Below, piece by piece: positions 41,986 to 53,000 of a stretch of DNA of 64,000 bases (position 1 is the stretch's first letter; the number at the start of each line of letters is the position of its first letter). The notes below the pieces were generated by a model, which was not told the origin of the DNA, ran no database searches, and was given only the letters and a program-made list of their open reading frames with translations. The translations under genes were made by a program, and so were the position numbers. Location of the stretch: sequence record NZ_CP090684.1; one strand, given 5' to 3'. The stretch comes from a plasmid.

Positions 41986-42423
41986 TTAAACGTCCCTCAC
42001 AGGGGGCAGAACATGGATCTTTCCAGAAGCTACCGCCTGCAGCGTTGCAATCTCCTGACGCAGTGTTTCATTAATCGACGCCAGCGTCGCGACATCAGCC
42101 AGTGCAGCGTCTCGCTCCGCGCGGACGGTCTTCAGCTGTTCTCTTACCTTCTTGACCTCCGCAACCGTGGCGTCGCGCTGCTGCCGAATGCCGCGGCCGA
42201 CTTGAGTGCGGATCTCTTCGGCGATGTCGGGGTACGTATTGTGAATGAGGCCGGCGCTTACGCCAGCCTCCGCCGCGACGGAGGAGATGCTCAATTTCAG
42301 TCCCCTCGTCTTGACCCGGAGGATCGCCAGCTGTAGCGCTTCGCGCGTCTTCCCTCTGCTACGGCGCCGGGGCGCCGACCCGGGCCGCGTATCGTCGGGC
42401 GAGGTGCCTGCACGGCTGCTCAT
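41986..42423 (-). CDS. Small HTH + coiled-coil protein, fourth gene of the recombinase operon (GinD-like)
   Basis: 145 aa; LSISSVAAEAGVSAGLIHNTY HTH-like, C-terminal heptad-rich region; start overlaps the stop of the upstream recombinase. Confidence 0.55.
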   Translation of the reverse strand: MSSRAGTSPDDTRPGSAPRRRSRGKTREALQLAILRVKTRGLKLSISSVAAEAGVSAGLIHNTYPDIAEEIRTQVGRGIRQQRDATVAEVKKVREQLKTVRAERDAALADVATLASINETLRQEIATLQAVASGKIHVLPPVRDV

Positions 42424-44372
42424 GCTCCCTCCAGCGCGGCAGTGTACGCCCGGGCCCGGTCATCGGTCGGCAGCGCACAGCCGAGATCCCGCAGCACCTG
42501 CGTCGAGCGCTCCACCACGCGCCGCGCCTTATCGGCCACTGCGGGACCGCAGTCGGTGATCGCAGCTAGCCGCAGGTTGTCCAGGTGAATCATCTGCCAG
42601 GCAGATGCTTGCCCCTGGTCGATGATGGCCTGCGAGCACCCCGCGCACATTGATGGGTCGTACACCCCCTGGCCGTGACATCCTCGCGTACCACTGATGC
42701 ACCACGCGTGTCCGGTGCTGCGCAGTTCGATCGACTCGGCGGTTTGTCTCAGGAGTTGCTTGAGGTCGCGTGCGGCACGCGTGCGCGTCTGCATGATCTT
42801 CTTGCCGGCACCCCCGCTGAGCAGCGCATCGGAATGCGCCCAACTTTCCAGCAGCCCCAGCCGCGCGTCGGCCATTTCCTCCTCGAACTCGCGATATAGG
42901 GCGTGATCCTGGTGCGGGCTGGCAGCGTAGAGCTGCGTCCACGACATCGACGCATGTTTGAGTTGCCACTTCAGGAAGACGAGGCCCATTCGGCCCAACC
43001 GCGAGTTCGCGACGTTGTACGCGAAGGTGCGGCGGCACTGATGGTTGGCCAGGTTCCACTCTGTCCCGGCGGCCGCGGCCAATTGCTTCAATTGGTACCC
43101 GCAGGATGCTGAACTCAGCACCTCGACCCGCGAACCGGTTCCCAGATGATCCGAGGCTTTCACGTTCAGTCCTAGAACCAGATGCCGGCCGATCTCTCGC
43201 ACATGGTTCAGGCGGTGCGCGGCCTCAGCCATTTTCATGCCGTTGCACAGGTGGCCGGTGAGATCGGGGCCCTGCGCCATCAGGTCTTCGAGCCATCGCG
43301 CCTCGCCGACCAACCGTGCTTGGAGCGGTTGGGCGTAGCGCTGCAGGATCTCAAGCGCGCGAATAGCCTCCGGCGGCACCAGAAAGTCGACCTCGGTTCC
43401 GCCGGTCGTCTTGACTTCGCGCGTGCGCACCCAGTGATACGTCACGCCGTTGCGCTGTTCGGTACGCCAACATCCGCTGGTCACGCCGGTGCTCTCCGAG
43501 TTGCGCATTCCGGAGGAGATCTGCAAGAGGTATAGGACCGCATTGCGGATCGAAGTCATTGCGGGGCGCTTGGGCGCCCCGAGCCCGCCCGCGTCTCGAG
43601 CCTGAAACAGCTCGTCCGCCTGCGCAAGACTGGCCTCGCAGTAGGCGAAAAGTATGCGCTGCACCGACCGCGGGATCACGGGGGTCGTGCCGGTCCGCCC
43701 TGACGGCATCCGATTATCTTCATTGCCGCCACATGCATCCCAAAGGGCGAGCCCCGCCCACGGGTGCTCGAGCAACGGGTGCAGGACTTCCGTATGGAAC
43801 GTCCAGACCAGGTCGACAATTTGCAGCCGACCACGCACCGACACGGGCTTGAGCGTACGCCGCAAATCCGCGATGTGGTCAGACAGGTGCAGAGCTCGTA
43901 CCTGACTGAAGTCGGCCAGCCCCAATTGTGCGAGATATCTCAGAGCCAGGACGCCCGAGCGGCCAATATCCGCTATCGAGCTGCCGGACCACTTTCGCCC
44001 GTGGGGGCCGCGTCGCTGAGCACAATAGAGTGCCGCCTTGGCATCGTCGATCAGTGCTTTCGGTACGTCGTCCGGCCAAACGATCTTCAGGGCCGAACCC
44101 TTGCGGTTCTTCGCCTCGATCTCCGGCGCGAGGTCCCAGACCCGATCACCGAAACGACTCACTGGATGCTCGTGGCCTGCGGCATCGGCCACGGCAGTCA
44201 CCACGATAGCGTCACGTTCGGCCGGCGGAATGCCGACCAGGCTGATCGGCTGAGCCGCCAGCAACTCGAAGGCCCGCAGGGCACGTGGGGCGGGCAAGGA
44301 TGTGGCCGGCACGGCGCGAGCCCCAGATAGCGTTTGGGGCGTGTCAAGGATCGAGGCAGAGGTACTTCTCAT
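42420..44372 (-). CDS. Large tyrosine recombinase (third of trio; GinC-like)
   Basis: 650 aa; C-terminal catalytic region ...LKHASMSWTQLY... (H-x-x-R...Y pattern); overlaps neighbours by 4 nt at both ends. Confidence 0.75.
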   Translation of the reverse strand: MRSTSASILDTPQTLSGARAVPATSLPAPRALRAFELLAAQPISLVGIPPAERDAIVVTAVADAAGHEHPVSRFGDRVWDLAPEIEAKNRKGSALKIVWPDDVPKALIDDAKAALYCAQRRGPHGRKWSGSSIADIGRSGVLALRYLAQLGLADFSQVRALHLSDHIADLRRTLKPVSVRGRLQIVDLVWTFHTEVLHPLLEHPWAGLALWDACGGNEDNRMPSGRTGTTPVIPRSVQRILFAYCEASLAQADELFQARDAGGLGAPKRPAMTSIRNAVLYLLQISSGMRNSESTGVTSGCWRTEQRNGVTYHWVRTREVKTTGGTEVDFLVPPEAIRALEILQRYAQPLQARLVGEARWLEDLMAQGPDLTGHLCNGMKMAEAAHRLNHVREIGRHLVLGLNVKASDHLGTGSRVEVLSSASCGYQLKQLAAAAGTEWNLANHQCRRTFAYNVANSRLGRMGLVFLKWQLKHASMSWTQLYAASPHQDHALYREFEEEMADARLGLLESWAHSDALLSGGAGKKIMQTRTRAARDLKQLLRQTAESIELRSTGHAWCISGTRGCHGQGVYDPSMCAGCSQAIIDQGQASAWQMIHLDNLRLAAITDCGPAVADKARRVVERSTQVLRDLGCALPTDDRARAYTAALEGA

Positions 44373-46270
44373 GCCCTGGGTCCTGCCTGCTGCGTTCCGC
44401 GAATCCGCGGTATCGCCGTATCGCCGTGCGAGCCATCAACGCGCAGATCCGGCGCTGACGCACGGTGTCGTGCGCGGCGGCTCATGGTCATCTGGTGCTG
44501 CCAGTAAGGGTGCAAGCCCGAGACGGTCTTGGCGCGGGCCTGCGCGACCCGGCTGCGCGCGAATTGGCGTTGCGTGAAGTCGTCGATGTAGGGGATGACC
44601 ACCCGGTATCGGTCGCGCAGGTCCTCAAGCAGTCCGTCGGTCGTGCGCTCCGGACCCAAGGCTTCGTCAAGGTAGTCGAGTTCGGCCTGCGCGAACATCT
44701 GAAAGCTGAACAAGCGCCAGAGTTCGTCCACGGTGCCGACGATCGCGAAGCTCGAGCAGAACAAGCACATGACGTAGCGATCGCAGTGGCTGCGGCCATC
44801 ATTCGGCGCATGCTCGCCGCTGATCGAGTCCGAGCATGCGGAGACGGGCGTCGGGCTTGGCGGGGCGCTTATGCTGCCTTTGCCGACCTTGAAAGGTTCC
44901 ACTTGCACTGGCCGAATCTCATTCCCCCTCGGAGCCTGTGCTTCGGCCCGCATCAAAACGGTATAGTCGCCGTTCATGAAGCTCGCTGCATCGGCCTTGC
45001 GCGCCTCATTCATCGACGGGTAATTCACTCCGGCGACCCTCGGTGTGTTGCCCATCAGGTTGGCGGTGATGGCTATGTCGCCGTCGGCGGTACGCAGAGC
45101 ACGGTCGAAGCGGCTCTTACGCAGGCGACTCAGGTTGACGCGCAACGGCAGGCCGCCGTCTCCCAGTAGACTGCGGCGTTCGATGACGCCTTCGATTGCC
45201 CTGTTGAGGGACTTGCTGTCGAGGCACGTGATGTTGCCCCTCTTTGTCGACCCTGCACTTGCTTCAGCGCGATACAGCCAGATCCGTGTCTTGAACGCGG
45301 ATGGCGCCTCACCCACCAGTTCGCGGGTGCTTGCGATGGCCTGCTGCAAGACTGCGCCCTCGGAGAGGTCGAAGCAAAGGTTCTGCTCGTCAGCTTGCTC
45401 GTTCGGTTGATTTGATGCGTGCCGTCCAAGAGCGGAGCGGCCAACATTGGAACGAATCTTCTTGCTGCGGTGCTTTGCAGTACGAATTAGGATCGTGCCA
45501 GGCAGAAATCCCGGCGCTAAGGCATCGCGGCACATTTCGAGCAGGGGCGTCGGGTTGAGCCCTTGACGGTGTGCCACCAACAACAGCCTGAGTCCCTGCA
45601 CGGCACTTTGCTTCAGTTGCAAGCGGCCGTGGTGAACATCAACGAGGTCGGACTTGATCGCCTTGGCCAGGCGCTCTTGCTCCGCGTCACTCAGGCTAGT
45701 CTGCAGGCTGTCTTCGCTGCTCCAGGGCAACGCGCCGCGCCGGAAGAAGCGAGAAGGCTCGCCCTCGATGAAGCCCTGCGCGAACATTTCGGCGAGTACG
45801 GCCTTGACCCCCCTGTAGGTATTGCGCGTCGAACTCGGTCGCCAGCCTTCAGCCTGAGCTCGCTTCTGCAACCATCCGATGAAATGCTGGACATGCATCG
45901 GGGAAAGGTCCGACGGCAACTTGGGTCGCTGGGGCAGCGGGGTTTGCGAACTGCCCGCGAGGTACTCGAACAGGTAAGGCAGCTGCCCGAAGTACGTGGT
46001 GACGGAGGCTGTCGCGCGTGCACCCGAGAGCAGCATCGCCTTGAGGCAGAAGCCCGATGAGCATACCCAGTCGTCGATGCCTCGGCCCAGCCAGTCACGA
46101 AGGTCGAGCGTCTTGATTCTCTGAGGAAAGCGTGCCTCGAGCCCCAACAGCGCGACCATGTCGATGCAGGCGTCGTCGGCGCCGGGCTTCGGCCGTTCGA
46201 GTGATGCCGATATGACACCGACCGGTGCGGCGCGATTCTCGCTGACGTTGTAGTTCTTCTTTCTGACCAT
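44369..46270 (-). CDS. Large tyrosine recombinase (second of trio; GinB-like)
   Basis: 633 aa; phage-integrase-family C-terminus (...LMGNTPRVAGVNY...). Confidence 0.75.
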   Translation of the reverse strand: MVRKKNYNVSENRAAPVGVISASLERPKPGADDACIDMVALLGLEARFPQRIKTLDLRDWLGRGIDDWVCSSGFCLKAMLLSGARATASVTTYFGQLPYLFEYLAGSSQTPLPQRPKLPSDLSPMHVQHFIGWLQKRAQAEGWRPSSTRNTYRGVKAVLAEMFAQGFIEGEPSRFFRRGALPWSSEDSLQTSLSDAEQERLAKAIKSDLVDVHHGRLQLKQSAVQGLRLLLVAHRQGLNPTPLLEMCRDALAPGFLPGTILIRTAKHRSKKIRSNVGRSALGRHASNQPNEQADEQNLCFDLSEGAVLQQAIASTRELVGEAPSAFKTRIWLYRAEASAGSTKRGNITCLDSKSLNRAIEGVIERRSLLGDGGLPLRVNLSRLRKSRFDRALRTADGDIAITANLMGNTPRVAGVNYPSMNEARKADAASFMNGDYTVLMRAEAQAPRGNEIRPVQVEPFKVGKGSISAPPSPTPVSACSDSISGEHAPNDGRSHCDRYVMCLFCSSFAIVGTVDELWRLFSFQMFAQAELDYLDEALGPERTTDGLLEDLRDRYRVVIPYIDDFTQRQFARSRVAQARAKTVSGLHPYWQHQMTMSRRARHRASAPDLRVDGSHGDTAIPRIRGTQQAGPRA

Positions 46271-46278
46271 GGCGTCGC

Positions 46279-47514
46279 TCAGTGTCGAGGATCGACTGTG
46301 GATGCATGCGGCGCCGTGGCCAATGCTTTGCCAACCCCGTAGAGCCGGTCAAACTCGTCCATCATCGCGAGCGCCTCTGCGCCCAGCAGCCGCTCTATCT
46401 GCTGCAAATACACCATGGTGGTCTGGACACTCGCGTGGCCGAGGCGGTCGCGGACGTACATGAGCGGCTCCATCGGTATCTCGGGACGGCTGCGAAGCAG
46501 CAGCAGGGTATGAATCGCGTAGCTGTGGCGCAGCATGAGCGGGCGCACCCGGAAGCCCACCGTGTTGCTGAGATCGGTGTAGACCTTCACCGCGGATTCC
46601 TTGCTGTAGCGTTGCCCGTGAATCGTCAGGATCAGTTCCTTGCGGTCTGCCGCGTCGGCAAGACCGTTGCGCTCGAATGTCGTATATGCGTACATGTCCT
46701 CCATCAGGCTGTATGGCACGTGCACAACGCGGGACTTGTTGAACTTGATCTCCATGTCCCGTGGGTCGAGGCGCACGTCGATAAAGGTGCCTGGCTTCCA
46801 AGCCTTTTGGGTCCGTGGATCAACCACGTACGACAGCGGGAAGGTACGTGCCTCGACTGAGCGCAAACCCACCCGCGCCATCAGGTCGAACAGCAGCCGC
46901 TGCGCTGCAGAGCGAATCGATTGCCGCACGATCTTCAGTTGATCGGCTGTCAGGAACGCAGGTTCCTTGTTCCACTCGTTGAGCAGCACTGCCGGACGGC
47001 TCGACCTCTTCCGACCGCCGGTGATATGAGTCAGGTCATGCTCAATGCCGTACACTGCGACGTCGGAACAGGTGAAGGGCAAGCGGTCGATCCGCCCGCG
47101 TTCATGTGCCCACCGGTACATTGCCGTGACCAATTCCAACCGGGCGTTGATGGTTGCGGGGTCCAGCTTGAGGTCTTGGGCCTGCCAATCGCGGTAAACA
47201 CTGACGACGCTCTGCCCAACCGACATGAATGGATCGTCCCAACACCATTCGTTCGCTTGTAGAAATCGAGCGAAATCCCATAGCCGGCGACCGTACGCCT
47301 CCCACGTCTTTTGATCAAGCGCCTTTCCGCTCTCAAGCAATCGGTACAGCAGGTAGTCATGGAACGGTTGCGCCGGCTCCATCGAATCGTCGAGGATCAA
47401 GGGGAATCCCGGCCGCGGGCGTCCGGCGAAGACAAACTCATCAGTGGCGCGTACGTACCTCACGCGCTGGCCTCGCGCAACATCTTCGCTGCTTGCTTGA
47501 ATGGCACGCGCCAT
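46279..47514 (-). CDS. Tyrosine recombinase (first of trio; GinA-like)
   Basis: 411 aa; LRHSYAIHTL...GHASVQTTMVYLQ (R..H-x-x-R...Y catalytic motifs). Confidence 0.8.
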   Translation of the reverse strand: MARAIQASSEDVARGQRVRYVRATDEFVFAGRPRPGFPLILDDSMEPAQPFHDYLLYRLLESGKALDQKTWEAYGRRLWDFARFLQANEWCWDDPFMSVGQSVVSVYRDWQAQDLKLDPATINARLELVTAMYRWAHERGRIDRLPFTCSDVAVYGIEHDLTHITGGRKRSSRPAVLLNEWNKEPAFLTADQLKIVRQSIRSAAQRLLFDLMARVGLRSVEARTFPLSYVVDPRTQKAWKPGTFIDVRLDPRDMEIKFNKSRVVHVPYSLMEDMYAYTTFERNGLADAADRKELILTIHGQRYSKESAVKVYTDLSNTVGFRVRPLMLRHSYAIHTLLLLRSRPEIPMEPLMYVRDRLGHASVQTTMVYLQQIERLLGAEALAMMDEFDRLYGVGKALATAPHASTVDPRH

Positions 47515-47669
47515 TGGCGCATCACGAGGTCGTCGGCACCGTCAGCAATCGCGCGCGCCGCGAGGCAATGCAGCCGCCCTATTTCCGGATCATCCATAGG
47601 TTGCCAAATCTCCCCCGAATTCCATCCCGCTACTCGACTTCAAGAAATTGAATAGCAGTACACAGGACG

Positions 47670-47846
47670 ATGTCTGTCAACCCATTTATTACTAACAAAA
47701 CGAGGTATTCGTACCGATGCATCGTGCCGATCAAATCGTCGAACGTCGACGCATGGCTGGCGCCGGATCCGTCTCGCCGCGCGCAGCTGCGCGAGATCCT
47801 CGCCGATCGCGAACGGCCCTACTACGAGCACCAACTGGCGGCGTAA
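47670..47846 (+). CDS. Unannotated 58-aa ORF between the recombinase operon and the LexA box (possibly 3' remnant of the island target gene)
   Basis: AGGACG then ATG 47670: MSVNPFITNKTRYSYRCIVPIKSSNVDAWLAPDPSRRAQLREILADRERPYYEHQLAA; just below the track's 60-aa cutoff; lies in a lower-GC junction. Confidence 0.25.
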   Translation: MSVNPFITNKTRYSYRCIVPIKSSNVDAWLAPDPSRRAQLREILADRERPYYEHQLAA

Positions 47847-47886
47847 TTCGGGTAGGGATTGGAGTCGGCATGGGGAATGGCATATA

Positions 47887-47902
47887 CTGTATAAACATAC
47901 AG
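47887..47902. promoter_or_regulatory. LexA (SOS) box CTGTATAAACATACAG upstream of imuA
   Basis: Perfect CTGT-N8-ACAG palindrome 19 bp before the imuA ATG. Confidence 0.7.
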
Positions 47903-47920
47903 TGCCAGAACCCCACGACC

Positions 47921-48637
47921 ATGCAAGCCGCTCTTGCCCATCCTGAAACCATCCATCCCGCGCTCTGGCGTGCCAGCCAGCTGGCGCGCTCGAGCTCGCG
48001 CGGCGTCGACACGGGGCACGCTGAGCTGACCGCCGAGCTACCCGGCGGCGGCTGGCCCGCGGGCGCGCTGGTCGATTTGCTGACGCAGCAGGCCGGCATC
48101 GGCGAGCTCCGGCTACTCGCGCCTGTACTGGCGCGCTCGAGCGGCCGACCGATCATGCTGATCCAGCCGCTGCACGGGCTGCAGCCGCTGGCGCTGTCGT
48201 ATTGGGGTGTCGATTCGTCCAGCTTCGTCCTGCTGCCTGCCCCGCGCACCGCCGACGCACTGTGGGCCGCCGAGCAGGTGCTGCGCGCCGGCACGTGCGC
48301 GGCTGTCCTGCTGTGGCAGTCAAACGTGCGCGCGGACGCGCTGCGGCGTCTGAACCTGGCCGCGCAAACCGGATCCGCACTGTTTTTCCTGTTCCGGCCG
48401 GCGGCCGCCGCACGCGACGCGTCGCCGGCGCCATTGCGGCTCGCGCTGGCCCCCAAGCGCGACGGCATCGAGATCACGTTCGTGAAGCGCCGCGGACCCG
48501 CGCGCGATACGCCGTTGTTCGTCCCGTTGTCCCCTTCGCCGATTTTGTTGAATCGCCATGCAAGTCTGGATCGGCGTGCATCTGCCGCACCTCAACCTCG
48601 AAACGTTCCGGCCACGCTCGCCGGCGCCATCGCCTGA
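47921..48637 (+). CDS. imuA: ImuA (SulA/RecA-fold protein of the mutagenesis cassette)
   Basis: Track ORF 47717..48637; ATG 47921 directly after the SOS box; followed by imuB and dnaE2 with an overlap. Confidence 0.7.
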   Translation: MQAALAHPETIHPALWRASQLARSSSRGVDTGHAELTAELPGGGWPAGALVDLLTQQAGIGELRLLAPVLARSSGRPIMLIQPLHGLQPLALSYWGVDSSSFVLLPAPRTADALWAAEQVLRAGTCAAVLLWQSNVRADALRRLNLAAQTGSALFFLFRPAAAARDASPAPLRLALAPKRDGIEITFVKRRGPARDTPLFVPLSPSPILLNRHASLDRRASAAPQPRNVPATLAGAIA

Positions 48638-50036
48638 CGATGCGCGCGGTCTCGTCGTGCTCGAGAGCGGCCGTGTCGTGGCGCTGGACCGTGCCGCGCG
48701 CGCGCTCGGCATCGTCGTCGGCATGCGGCGCGCCGGCGTGCTGTCGCTCGCGCCCGACGCACAGATCCGCGAGCGCGACGTCGTGCGAGAACGCGAACTC
48801 GTGCTCGGCGTCGCGTACGCGCTGCTGCAGTTCACGCCGAACGTCGTCGACGCTGACGAAGCAGTGGTACTGCTCGACGTGACGGCCAGCCTGCGCCTTT
48901 TCCATGGCATTCGCGCGCTGCGCCGGCGCGTGCGCGACGTCGTCGCGTCGTTCGGCGTCTCCGCGGCAATCTCCGTCGCGTCGACAGGCCCGGCCGCATG
49001 GATGGTCGCGCGCGGGCTGCGCGGCGGCCTCGCGCTGTCTGCCCGGTCATTGCGCCGCGCGCTCGCGCGCGTGCCGCTCGTGGTCGCCCCTGATGCGCGG
49101 CGGTACGCGACGTGGTTCGACGAGCTCGGCTGCGAAACGCTGGCGGACCTGCAGCGCCTGCCCCGCGCCGGGCTCAAGAAGCGTTGCGGCACGCAGCTGC
49201 TCGACTGGCTCGACCAGGTGGCCGGCACTGCGCCGGCGGCCTATGACTGGCTCGACATGCCGCCGTCGTTCGACACGCGCGTCGAGCTGATGGACCGCGT
49301 CGAGCACGCCGAGGCGCTGTTGTTTGTCGCGCGCCGGCTGATCCTGCAGCTGACCGGTTGGCTCACGGCGAAGCAGCTGGACGTCGCAGCATTCGCGCTG
49401 CTGCTCGAGCACGAGCGCGGACGCGACGCGATTGCGCCGACCGAGATCGAGATTTCGCTGGGCGCCCCCACGCGCTTCGAAGAGCACCTGACCCGGCTCG
49501 TCAAGGAGCGGCTTGGCCATGTCGAGCTCGCCGGGCCCGTGATCGCCGTGCGGCTCGTCGCGCGACGCGTGCAGGAAGCGGCCGCGCCGAGCGATTCGTT
49601 GTTCCCGGAACCCGGCGGCACGCCGCAGGATCACGCTCGATTGCTGGAACTGCTCACCGCGCGCCTCGGCGCAGAGAATGTGCTGGTCCCGGCTCCCATA
49701 GCCGACTACCGTCCGGAGCCGGCCGCCCGATGGGTGCCGATGCGCGACGCGCCGAAGGCGGCACCGCTGCCGGCGGATTTGCCGCGCCCCGCCTGGCTGC
49801 TCGCCAAGCCGGTGCCGCTGCTCACGCGCCAACACCGGCCGTTCTACGGTACACCGCTGCGCATGGTGTCGCCTGGCGAGCGTATCGAAGGCGGATGGCA
49901 GGACGGGCAGACTGTGACGCGCGACTACTTCGTTGCCGAGGACGACAACGGCATCTGCTACTGGATCTTCAAGGAGCGGCCGACGGCCAGCGACGAAAGC
50001 GACTCGCGCTACTTTCTGCACGGCCTGTTCGGTTGA
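48558..50036 (+). CDS. imuB: ImuB (Y-family polymerase-like protein)
   Basis: MQVWIGVHLPHLNLETF...; UmuC/DinB-like fold; overlaps imuA by 80 nt. Confidence 0.8.
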   Translation: MQVWIGVHLPHLNLETFRPRSPAPSPDDARGLVVLESGRVVALDRAARALGIVVGMRRAGVLSLAPDAQIRERDVVRERELVLGVAYALLQFTPNVVDADEAVVLLDVTASLRLFHGIRALRRRVRDVVASFGVSAAISVASTGPAAWMVARGLRGGLALSARSLRRALARVPLVVAPDARRYATWFDELGCETLADLQRLPRAGLKKRCGTQLLDWLDQVAGTAPAAYDWLDMPPSFDTRVELMDRVEHAEALLFVARRLILQLTGWLTAKQLDVAAFALLLEHERGRDAIAPTEIEISLGAPTRFEEHLTRLVKERLGHVELAGPVIAVRLVARRVQEAAAPSDSLFPEPGGTPQDHARLLELLTARLGAENVLVPAPIADYRPEPAARWVPMRDAPKAAPLPADLPRPAWLLAKPVPLLTRQHRPFYGTPLRMVSPGERIEGGWQDGQTVTRDYFVAEDDNGICYWIFKERPTASDESDSRYFLHGLFG

Positions 50037-50042
50037 TTCGCG

Positions 50043-53000
50043 ATGAGCGCTGCGAGCTACGGCGCCCTGCCCGCCTATGCGGAGCTGCAGGTCGCCAGCG
50101 ACTTCTCGTTTCTGCACGGCGCGTCGCGCGCCGAGGAATACGTGGCGCGCGCGGCACAGCTCGGCTACAGCGCGATCGCGATCACCGATGAGTGCTCGCT
50201 CGCCGGCGTCGTGCGCGCGCACGTCGAAGCGAAGGCAGCCGGCCTGCCTCTGATCATCGGCTCGCACTTCCGGCTGACGGCCGCCGACGGCGCGCCGGCG
50301 ATCGCGTTCAGCGCGCTCGCGATGAATCGCGACGGCTACGGCAACCTCTGCGAACTGGTGTCGCTCGGCCGTATGCGCGGCAAGAAAGGCAGCTACCGGT
50401 TGGCGCCGCGCGATCTCGAGCAGCCGGACGCGCCATTCACGCATCTGCGCGGCTTGCCCGACTGCATTGCGATCCTGTCGCCCGACTTCCCGGCCAATGA
50501 GCAGCGGCTCGACGCGCAGGTCGAATGGTTCGCGCGCGTGTTCGGCGATCGCGCATGGGTCGCGCTCACGCTGCATGCGCGTGCGATGGACGATATCCAC
50601 CGCGGTGTCGTTGAACGCGTCGCCGCGCGCCACGGCGTGCCGGTGGTCGCAACCAGCTGGCCGCTGATGCATGTGCGATCGCGCAAACCGCTGCAGGACG
50701 TTCTGACGTCAATCCGGCTGGGGCGGCCGGTGTCCGAGTGCGGATACGAGCTCGCGCCGAATGCAGAGCGGCATTTGCGATCGCGCTTGCGGCTTGCCAA
50801 CCTCTACCCGGCCGGCGCGCTCGAGGAGACCGTGCGGGTCGCGCGGCGCTGCACGTTCTCACTCGACGACCTGAAGTACGAATATCCGGACGAGGTGGTT
50901 CCAGCCGGCTACGACGTCGCGACCTACCTGCGCGAACAGACGTATATCGGTGCGCAGCGGCGCTTTCCGGCCGGCATTCCGGTCGACGTGCAGGCGCAGA
51001 TCGAACACGAGCTGCAGTTGATCGCGGAACTGAACTACGAGGCGTATTTCCTGACCGTCTACGACATCGTGCAATTCGCGCGTCAGAACGGCATCTTGTG
51101 CCAGGGCCGCGGGTCGGCGGCGAACTCCGCCGTCTGCTACTGCCTCGGCATGACGGAGGTCGATCCCTCCCGTCAGTCGATGCTGTTCGAGCGGTTCATG
51201 AGCAAGGAGCGCAACGAGCCGCCGGACATCGACGTCGACTTCGAGCATCAGCGTCGCGAAGAGGTGATGCAGTACATCTACCGCAAGTACGGCCGCGATC
51301 GCGCGGCGCTGACCGCGGCCGTCAGCACGTACCGACCGCGCAGCGCATTGCGCGAGGCCGGCAAAGCGCTCGGCGTGGATCCGGCGATCGTCGATCGGGT
51401 CGCCAAAAGTCACCACTGGTTCGACTCGCGCGCGGATCTGCTCCAGCGTTTCGCCGAAGCCGGTCTCGATCCCGAGGCGCCGCTCAATCAGCAGTGGGCC
51501 GCGTTCGCCGCTCAGCTGCTCGGCTACCCGCGCCATCTGTCGCAGCACTCGGGTGGCTTCGTGATCAGCCGCGGCAAGCTCACGCGACTCGTGCCGGTCG
51601 AGAATGCCGCGATGGAAGATCGCACGATCATCCAGTGGGACAAGGACGATATCGAAGCGCTCGGCATCCTGAAAATCGACGTGCTCGCGCTCGGCATGCT
51701 GTCGATGGTGCGCCGCGCGCTCGACATGATCTCGGAGAAGCGCGGCGAAACGTTTGAGCTGCAGGACATACCGGCCGAAGACAAAGCGACCTACGACATG
51801 CTGTGCGACGGCGACAGCATGGGCGTATTCCAGGTCGAGTCGCGCGCGCAGATGTCGATGCTGCCGCGCCTACGGCCGCAATGCTTCTACGATCTCGTGA
51901 TCGAGGTCGCGATCGTTCGACCCGGCCCCGTGCAGGGCGGCATGGTGCATCCATATCTCCGCCGCCGGCAGGGACTTGAGCCCGTCACGTTCCCTTCAGA
52001 CGGCATGGAAAAGGCGCTGAAGCGCACGCTCGGCGTGCCGATCTTCCAGGAGCAGGTGATGCAGGTCGCCATGCTTGCGGCCGGCTTCTCCGCCGGCGAG
52101 GCCGATCAGCTGCGACGTGCGATGGCGGCATGGAAACGCAAGGGCGGCCTCGAGCCATACCACGATCGGCTCGTGAGCGGCATGCTCGAGCGCGGCTACG
52201 ATCGCGAATTCGCCGAGGCGATCTTCGCGCAGATCAAGGGCTTCGGCGAGTACGGGTTTCCGGAGAGCCATGCGGCCAGCTTCGCGTTGCTCGTCTACTC
52301 GAGCGCGTGGTTGCGCCGGCACGAGCCGGCCGTGTTTCTGGCCTCGTTGCTCAACAGTCAGCCGATGGGCTTCTATACACCATCGCAGCTGCTGCAGGAC
52401 GCGCGACGCCGTGGCGTTGAAGTATTACCTGTCGACGTGAACGTGAGCACGTGGGATTCAGTCATCGAGGGGCCGACGACCTCGGCGCCGGTGCGTCTCG
52501 GATTCTCACTGCTGCGCGGCATGCGCGCGGACGTCGCCGGCCGCATCGAGCTCGCGCGCGCGGTGCGGCCGTTCGTCGACGTCGCGGATCTCGCTCGACG
52601 GGCGCAGCTCGATCGGCACGACCTGCAGGTACTCGCCCGCGCGAACGCGCTGCGCTCGCTCGCCGGCGGCAATCGTCGCGCCGCGCTGTGGCTGGCGGCC
52701 GCGGCGATCCCCGATCGGGATCTGTTGCGCGGCACTGAGCGTGACGACGCCGTGCCGGCGCTGCCGCAGGCGTCGGAAGGCAAGGAGATTGTGACCGACT
52801 ATCGCGCGATGGGCTTCACGCTCGGCCGGCACCCACTGGCGCTGCTGCGCGATCGTCTGACGCTCGATCGTTTGCAGTCGGCCGAGCAGCTGGCAACGTT
52901 ACGCAGCGGCCAGCTCGCGCGCGCATGCGGACTGGTCACCGTGCGACAACGGCCGGGCACGGCCAACGGCGTGCTGTTCATGACGCTCGAGGACGAGACG

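Larger units (their letters stand above)
41986..47514 (-). mobile_element. gin-like operon: three co-directional tyrosine recombinases + small protein; defining module of a GInt-type island whose cargo would be the metal-resistance region to the left
   Basis: Four tightly coupled genes (overlaps of 4 nt) on the minus strand. Architecture and approximate sizes match my recollection of ginABCD (Bardaji et al.). Not canonical RIT: the proteins are too large and there is a fourth gene. Confidence 0.5.

Noticed and set aside
42420-47514. Canonical RIT (recombinase-in-trio) element
   Set aside because: The proteins are much larger than I recall for RitA/B/C and there is a tightly coupled fourth small gene; the GInt gin operon fits better. 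Kept as an alternative in the finding.
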